Assembly (NCBI GenBank): GCA_964016885.1
Contig: OZ024743.1
Span: 292,826,001 to 292,890,000 of the forward strand
Length of the DNA stretch: 64,000 nucleotides
Direction of reading: 5' to 3'
Origin: Eledone cirrhosa
Lineage: Eukaryota
In this document: positions 57,398 to 64,000 of the stretch, one piece after another
Layout: each line of letters begins with the position of its first letter
Numbering within the stretch: the first letter of the stretch is position 1
Made by a program: the position numbers and the translations under genes
Notes under the pieces: model-generated
Seen by the model: only the letters and a program-made list of their open reading frames with translations
What the model was told of the DNA's origin: nothing
Databases searched by the model: none

Positions 57398-58959
57398 CAT
57401 ATACATATACATATACCTTTAATGAAATGTATCTCCACCAGAGACAAGAGGAAATACTGTTGTTATAGAAGTAACATCATTTTCTATAAATACAAATACA
57501 GCAACATATCGAGCCAATCAGTGACACAGCAACACACGTATTTACATCCATACAGTCACTCAAGCATACACGTACAAATACATACAAATATAAAGACATC
57601 ATGCCAAACAAAAACATAGATATACACACTCTCTCCTATACCCACACAAATATAAACATAATCAAGAATATATTCAAATATAAATACAAATCGTAACGGC
57701 TACCATAGATATACACACATTCAGATGCACAAATATATTTAGATATCACGACAAATATCAAAACCACTTATACACACAAACGAAAACATTCATATATAAA
57801 CACATATGAAGACATAAATACACACATATACATATCTCTGTATCTCTTTGTACCTCTCTCTATCTATCTATCTATCTATCTCTCTTTCTTTGTCTCTCAG
57901 TCGCTCCCTCTTTATCACTATCTCTCTGCAATGCCTCTTTCTCTTACTCTCTCTCTTTCTCTTTCTCTCTCAGACACTCACACACACACCAATACACGCA
58001 CTCTCACATATATATATATATACACATGTATACAAAATACTTCCGGTGTCACCTCCTTTCTTGTCCATTCCATATATCTCTCCCTCTCTATGTCTCATCC
58101 CTCCCTCTCACTTTATTTGTTTTTATCTCTCTCTCTCTATCTCTTTATTTGTTTCTCTCTCTCTCTCACTTTATTTGTTTTTCTCACTCTCCATGTCTCT
58201 CACCCTCTCACTCTCTCTCTCACCACAACCCCGCGCACACACACACACCAATGCACGCTAATTATACACATTAGCTAATAAAAATGGAACCGATAAAAAA
58301 ATTCATTTAAATTATTTTAAAGACTTTCTATTTTTTTAAATTACTTTCGATGTAATTAATTTTTAAATATTGCTTTTTTATATTAAACATTGTGGTAATG
58401 AACATTATTATTTCGTTACAAAGGGAGAAATATATAACAAAAAATATAATTAATATTGATTTCTTAATTCCGTACAAAGTACCATTTTTCAGACGTGAGG
58501 GTGGAATGTAAAATTACACCATCCTAGATATATGACTGGTAAAATTTTGAGCCAATTCCACATTCTTTGGTGATAGACTTACTCCGTCAACAGGTTTTAC
58601 ACCACCACTTGTTTCTTTCGTTCCTTTAAAGGAGTCCAATGGTTTGGAAATATTCGGACTAGGTATCCGGTTTTAGGTTAAGTTATTCCCCTCTCGTATT
58701 AATCGCGGAGTCGAGAGGAGCTGGTAGAGGTCATAGGTACTTCCCTTCCCTCTCTAACGAGACAGTAAATGAAAGAAAATGGGACACTTTTGAAGCTATA
58801 CTGCCCGCTAGAAATAACAGCTCACATTATCTACCAGTAAAATAATAATACGTGTAAGGAATTGATCCCTGACTTTTCTTTTTTCTTTACAATTTACTCA
58901 AGGCCCAGTCAAATTATTTGGAAAGTGAATTACCCTTGACATCGGTATTATCGTCGGTA

Positions 58960-59460
58960 TCTTACACTTCTGTACAATCTGCCAAATATAATTTACAATT
59001 GATGCGATACATCATTAAGTGGTCTGATAATACAGCTGGCCTTCGTAGGACTATGTTCAATTCATATCAATTGAAAGCTTTCGGTCCCGTTTTCAGTGGT
59101 TGGAATGCTTTTTTGGACAGAATAAATACCACTTATCAAAGCTGTTTTTAATCACATTCTAAGTCCATCAAGGTTGTTTCTCCTTACCTTTCCTGTACAA
59201 ATCGATTTTGGGAAGGTTAAGGAGTAAACGATCTGAACTGATATTCGGTTGTGTCGTATTTGTACACGCGGACGACATATCTGTCCATTATCATACCGAA
59301 GCACGTATTAACGAAGACACGTTGGTAAGCTTATAGCCCGGTATCACATAAGGCTTATCATTATCACCCAGCGAATGACGTTGGAGCGAAGGTCTGGTTA
59401 ATTTACTTGCAGTCTGGATTGCTACAGACCTTAGGCTGAAAAGCTGCTGGGAAGAGATTA
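58960..59460 (+). pseudogene. Old decayed Tx1/L1 RT fragment
   Basis: YNLQLMRYII, FGPV, HADDISV and RWSEGLVNLLAVWIATDL parallel NLYLMRYII, GFGPV, YADDVTV and RWTESPVKLLGVWFGPDL of the 62-64 kb element. Confidence 0.6.
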
Positions 59461-59481
59461 AGAACTATTTTCATCCAATAA

Positions 59482-59660
59482 TTGTTTCTACTTTTGGCAC
59501 AACGCCAGCAATTATCCCAGTACATTACGGGTGCTTTATTTTAACGACCCCGAAAGGATGAAATGCAAAGTTAACCTCGGCGGGATTTGAACTCAGACCG
59601 TAAAGAGCCATAACACAATGCTGTAAGCATGGCGTCCAACCCTCTACCGATACTGTCAAT
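59482..59660 (-). mobile_element. tRNA-derived SINE (same family as 41778); more decayed copy at ~60440-60530
   Basis: Colinear with 41778-41963. Confidence 0.8.
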
Positions 59661-61729
59661 AATGGAATAAGAAGATTTTCGTGAGAGATTAGCCAGCATA
59701 GGTTACTTCAAGCCATATTGCTTTTCTCTCATCCATATTTGGTCAGAATAAAAGTCTACTATTTCCCTTTTTGCTGGGTTATGCCGTTCAAAATTGTAAA
59801 TTGCTCTGCGGAGTGTTCTGGAAGCCATAGCTAATTGTACTCAGAAATACGTTAAAACTGCGAAAAGTCTCAAAATTCCGTCATGGCAGTGTTGCTAATG
59901 GACACTTTAGTTTAGGATCAGGTATGGTACACAAGCCAATCTTATCATCTGAATATCTTGAGATCTTGCATCTTCCTTGTTGTAAGGATGTCCAGGTAGT
60001 TTTCCTTCCTTGTGGCTCTCTTGAATCTCCAGGCTCGAGAAAAACTAACGTTATCCTTAATTCTTACTTGGTCGACTTAATCGACTAACCAAGAAATCAT
60101 TATTATTATTCATTTTAGTAAATGAGTCGTTAGAGTGCTGAAATGATAAATATAATTGCAAACTTATAGATGTTTTCTTCAAATCCCTCTGAGACTGACT
60201 TTAACTTTCATTTTTAGAGATTCTTTAAAATATATATCAGTTGAATGTTAGTGTCAGTCAGTTTTATCAACATGTTTTTCTGTTTAGTACTGGAATACTT
60301 ATATTCCCTTTCAAAGAATCCGATACTCGTGGGAGCAAAGAAGGATGGGAAGTTTGACTGCTTACAGAAGAGTGAACTCCGCTAAACATATCTAAAGAGC
60401 CAAATCGGGGTGTTACTCAGAATGCAATTCCATAAATCTTCCACCCTGGACTGGAACTTTATTTTATCAACCCAGAAAGAGGAACGGCAAATTAACCTCG
60501 GTGATATTTGAACCCAAATTGCTAAGAGTCAGGTTTTCTGTACATTTTGAAGGTGAGCAATCATTTGCTTGATCAAATGCAAGCCGAAATTGTAAAATTA
60601 ATTTATAAGTGGTTGAGTTTTCCACTTACACGTGTATCCGTAACATAATTCCCAAGCCGAATCGACGTGATTCTACATGGTTGCTAGTTTCTGTGAGGAC
60701 ATTTGATTGAATTTAGTATAAGACGGAGAGTTTTATTAGAGAAATAAATTGATATGAATAATCTTGAGTCTTCTCGACACATCTACCCAATGAATCTGCT
60801 GTTAGCAATATTCCTGTTAAAGTGCTTTAATCCACATGTCCTTAACAACCGCCATTAAGGATTTTGAGCTAGGTGTTAGTTTGCATCGTTATACATCATG
60901 TATTCCCGTAGATTCCCAGCAGCATTACGTTCAGAGATGTTTACAAGCTATTCTAGTGTTGTCTTGATCTTTTGTATGTTATCCTGCACAATCTTTTCTC
61001 TGTAGCATGGAACACTATTGTGCACACATATGTTGCAACCATGTATATACATGCGTATTTACAGTTTGTCCCTCAAACGTTGCAGGGTTACTCCTGGTTA
61101 AATCAACTATAAATTGGCGGTTCCGGATTTCGAAATGGCACGCCAGGTGTTTAATTTTTTGTGTGATACAGATTTCATCATACTTTTTGTTTCTACGAAG
61201 CCTCCTAACGATGCTATTGTACTACAAACGGCTGCTGTGTTGATTAATCGGCAAATATAATTTGTTAATTTGGCTTCATTTCTCATTAATCCAATAGTCA
61301 CTGTCTTTTTTTTTCTTTTTTTTTTTGTAGATGTCTGGAGCAGTTTTCATATCTGATTTCAACATTGATTTGTGAGCAGGTTTGCAGCATTCTGGTCATA
61401 ATTCCAGGACAAGTCGGCACGCACAATACAGCCATCCAACTAACCTCTGTATCATTTTGAAGTAGTGTAACACTAATTGACTTGTAGGAATTTATAGGAG
61501 AAAGTGTGTGTGTGTGGGGGGGGGGGGGCGATATTTTTGATTTCACGATCGTCTTTAGGAGTAACATTTCTGGGACAGCTAAATCTCTTCTTGTTAGAAT
61601 ATAAGCTACAAATTTGGTGTCTCTTAATAGCATTATGCTACAACAAATATTTGACAGAAATCTCAGGTTCCGAGTAACCTGACAGATAGAAAGACAGACA
61701 GACAGACAGACCGATAGATGGATAAGTTT

Positions 61730-64000
61730 ATATTTATTTGCCACGAGGGCACAAAAGAAGTGGACAAATACAAGGGGGGAGTTTACATAAAGGAACGAGT
61801 AAAAAACAAATAACAAGTATAAAATTAACAATAAAGTCCTCAATAGGGAGGAGGCGTTTTGGGGGGTTACACACTCCCCAGAAAAAGTTGCAACCCTTCT
61901 CCTCAGGAGCACAGAGAGAGGGTGCTCCCTTGTTCTTCCATCTTTTTCACCTACAGGCTGATATAGAGAGAAGGCCCATTCACACGGGCCATTTTCGCCA
62001 CTTTCACCCACTTTTCATAAAACTGGCTGGGGTGGAGCACCTCTCTCTCCATCCTGATCCTTGTTCCAAAGTGGTATTTGAAGAAAAGGACCAGTTGTTG
62101 GCTGGTGAGAAAGGTGCCCGACCTCAGCCCTTTCAAACGCGTCTACCATAAAACCTGTTTCACCATGGCTATTACACACAGAAACACCGCCTCTCCTTCA
62201 TTTTTAAGAGCGGAGGCGGCTTGATCGTTATAATGGACTCGGTGGTCAACCGGATAGGTTACACCCGTGACAGCAGTCGTTCGACATAGCCCATAGATCG
62301 GCGACGCCCGGGCAGTGTACCAATGCATGCGCGACGGTTTCCTCGTCGCGCACGCACCTGGGACAGATCTTTTCGAGGGGTCCCTACCCGGGCGTCCGTG
62401 TCTATAGAGCTTTTCTCGAACAGGCAGAGCCCCTCAGTAGCACTGCCAGGCCAGGGACCTCTGGAAGTTGCCCATAGGTCCCGGGCTAAATATCCTACCG
62501 AACAGGCTGGCAAGTTCGTCTTCTTCCATGTCTAGGGCTTCTCCGAGGGCGTCGTCGCACCTGCTGCGCACCAGCCCTCTATAGAATGTCGAGGTGGAGT
62601 CTCCACTGATAGCCGTGTCCGCCTGCCAAAGAGCCGTGAGCGCCTGGGCACACTCGGTGTGCCAGGCGCCCACTTTTCTCGGTCTTTGCTTGACACAGGA
62701 TTGCAGCTCGGTGAGTGAGACGAGTCTCGGAAAGGTTCGCCTCACAAACGGAGCCCACACCGGTTGACCGGTGAGGAATACCTGGAGGTGCTGTAGCCTT
62801 AATGCGTGTTTACGCATCAGCAGCCACGGCATCCCCAGCCCTCATTTCGAAGGGTGTTGACAGCATATAGATCTCCCCAACAAAGGAGCCCGCTTCTTCC
62901 AAAGGAATTGGAAGAGTGCGCGCTCCATTTTGGTGAGCGTTTCCCTTGGACAAGGCACGACGCTCAGGCGGTAGTAATTGACGACGCTATAAATATGTTC
63001 GCCACCTCCGCGTGATCTTTCAGGGATAGTTTGCACTCGGCCCACTTCTGGGTCAGTGCAAATACCCTGTTCGTTGCCTCACCCCAGTTCTTCTCCACCT
63101 GGAGGTCTGGTCCAAACCAGACCCCAAGCAACTTCACCGGGCTCTCCGTCCAGCGTCCGACGACGCCATCGGAGGGCATCTGTTTGCCCCTCCACGTGCC
63201 GAGTTGCGAACCGATCGACTTGTCCCGGTTCAGCTTAGCCCCTGTAAACCTTACGTACTCCTCCAGTAAGGTGCCGATCGCCCCGATTTCCGAGTTGGTC
63301 GACACCATTACTGTTACGTCATCGGCGTAGGCCGACACCGCTTTCCGCAATCACGGTTCCAAAGGGATGCCCTGCAACAACTCCAACTTCCGCAGCAGTG
63401 GCTCTAGAGTCATTACATACAGAAGGGAGGAGAGAGGGCACCCTATCGGATGGACCGCGCGATTTCGAACGGCTACGAGAGGTAGCCGTTCACCTTGACT
63501 CTAGAGCAGATGCTGCTGCTGTGCATGGCAGTATATCGAGCCCCTGAAACGGGTCCGAAACCTGCCGCCACTAGCACCGCCTCCAGGTAACCATGGTCGA
63601 CCCTCTCGAACGCCTTAGATTGATCCAAGTTGATCAGGGCCCCACCAAAGCCGGGTTCGTTCCCCATCCTCTCTATGATGTATCGCATAAGGTAGAGGTT
63701 GTCGTGGATGGACCTGGACGGGATAGCACATGTCTGCGCATCTCCCACCAGGTTGCCCACGACAAACGCCAACCTCATTGCTAATACCTTGGCCAAAATC
63801 TTTAACTCTGCATTTAGCAGAGTTATGGGCCTGAAATTACTTATTTCGTCCCCCTTGTTATTGTCCTTCCTCTCTAGCGAGACTACATGCTTGGTCACAG
63901 AACAGGGAATTATCCCGTTCTGTTGCCAGTTGCAGTAGACCGCCTCGAGGAGATCGGGGAACAATGCCGGCATAGCTAGATATAGTTCGTATGGAAGACT
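61730..64000 (-). mobile_element. Tx1/L1-clade LINE, RT through 3' end, frameshifted; continues past the window edge
   Basis: NFRPITLLNAELKILAKVLAMRL, LDQSKAFERVDH, GCPLSLL, YADD, LLGVWF; C-rich 3' UTR with AATAAA followed by (TCTG/TCTA)n. Confidence 0.88.

Overview
AT-rich, microsatellite-dense eukaryotic DNA. The SINE and microsatellite make-up suggests a mollusc, probably Octopus (inference only). I found no host gene. Almost every short ORF is a microsatellite artefact. Recognisable coding DNA is all decayed retroelements: a Penelope-like element (PLE; RT plus C-terminal GIY-YIG) with its upstream partial tandem copy (2.9-9.1 kb, minus), an R4/Dong-type LINE next to (AAT)n (32.7-36.1 kb), a Tx1/L1 LINE (61.7-64 kb, minus), and several small PLE/LINE fragments. 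SINEs, Helitron-like pieces and MITEs are also present. The main signal is that many islands between (TA)n tracts are non-coding modules carrying hammerhead-ribozyme (HHR) cores. I count about 20 cores from more than 10 unrelated families, with covarying stems, palindromic stem III and sometimes 50-210 nt insertions in stem II. They often occur as tandem units (310, 439, 526 bp; one HHR per unit) and/or fold-back inverted duplications ending in (TA)n. This looks like a diverse, (TA)n-targeted PLE/retrozyme-like system. All structures were read by eye; ribozyme activity and family names need computation or experiment.
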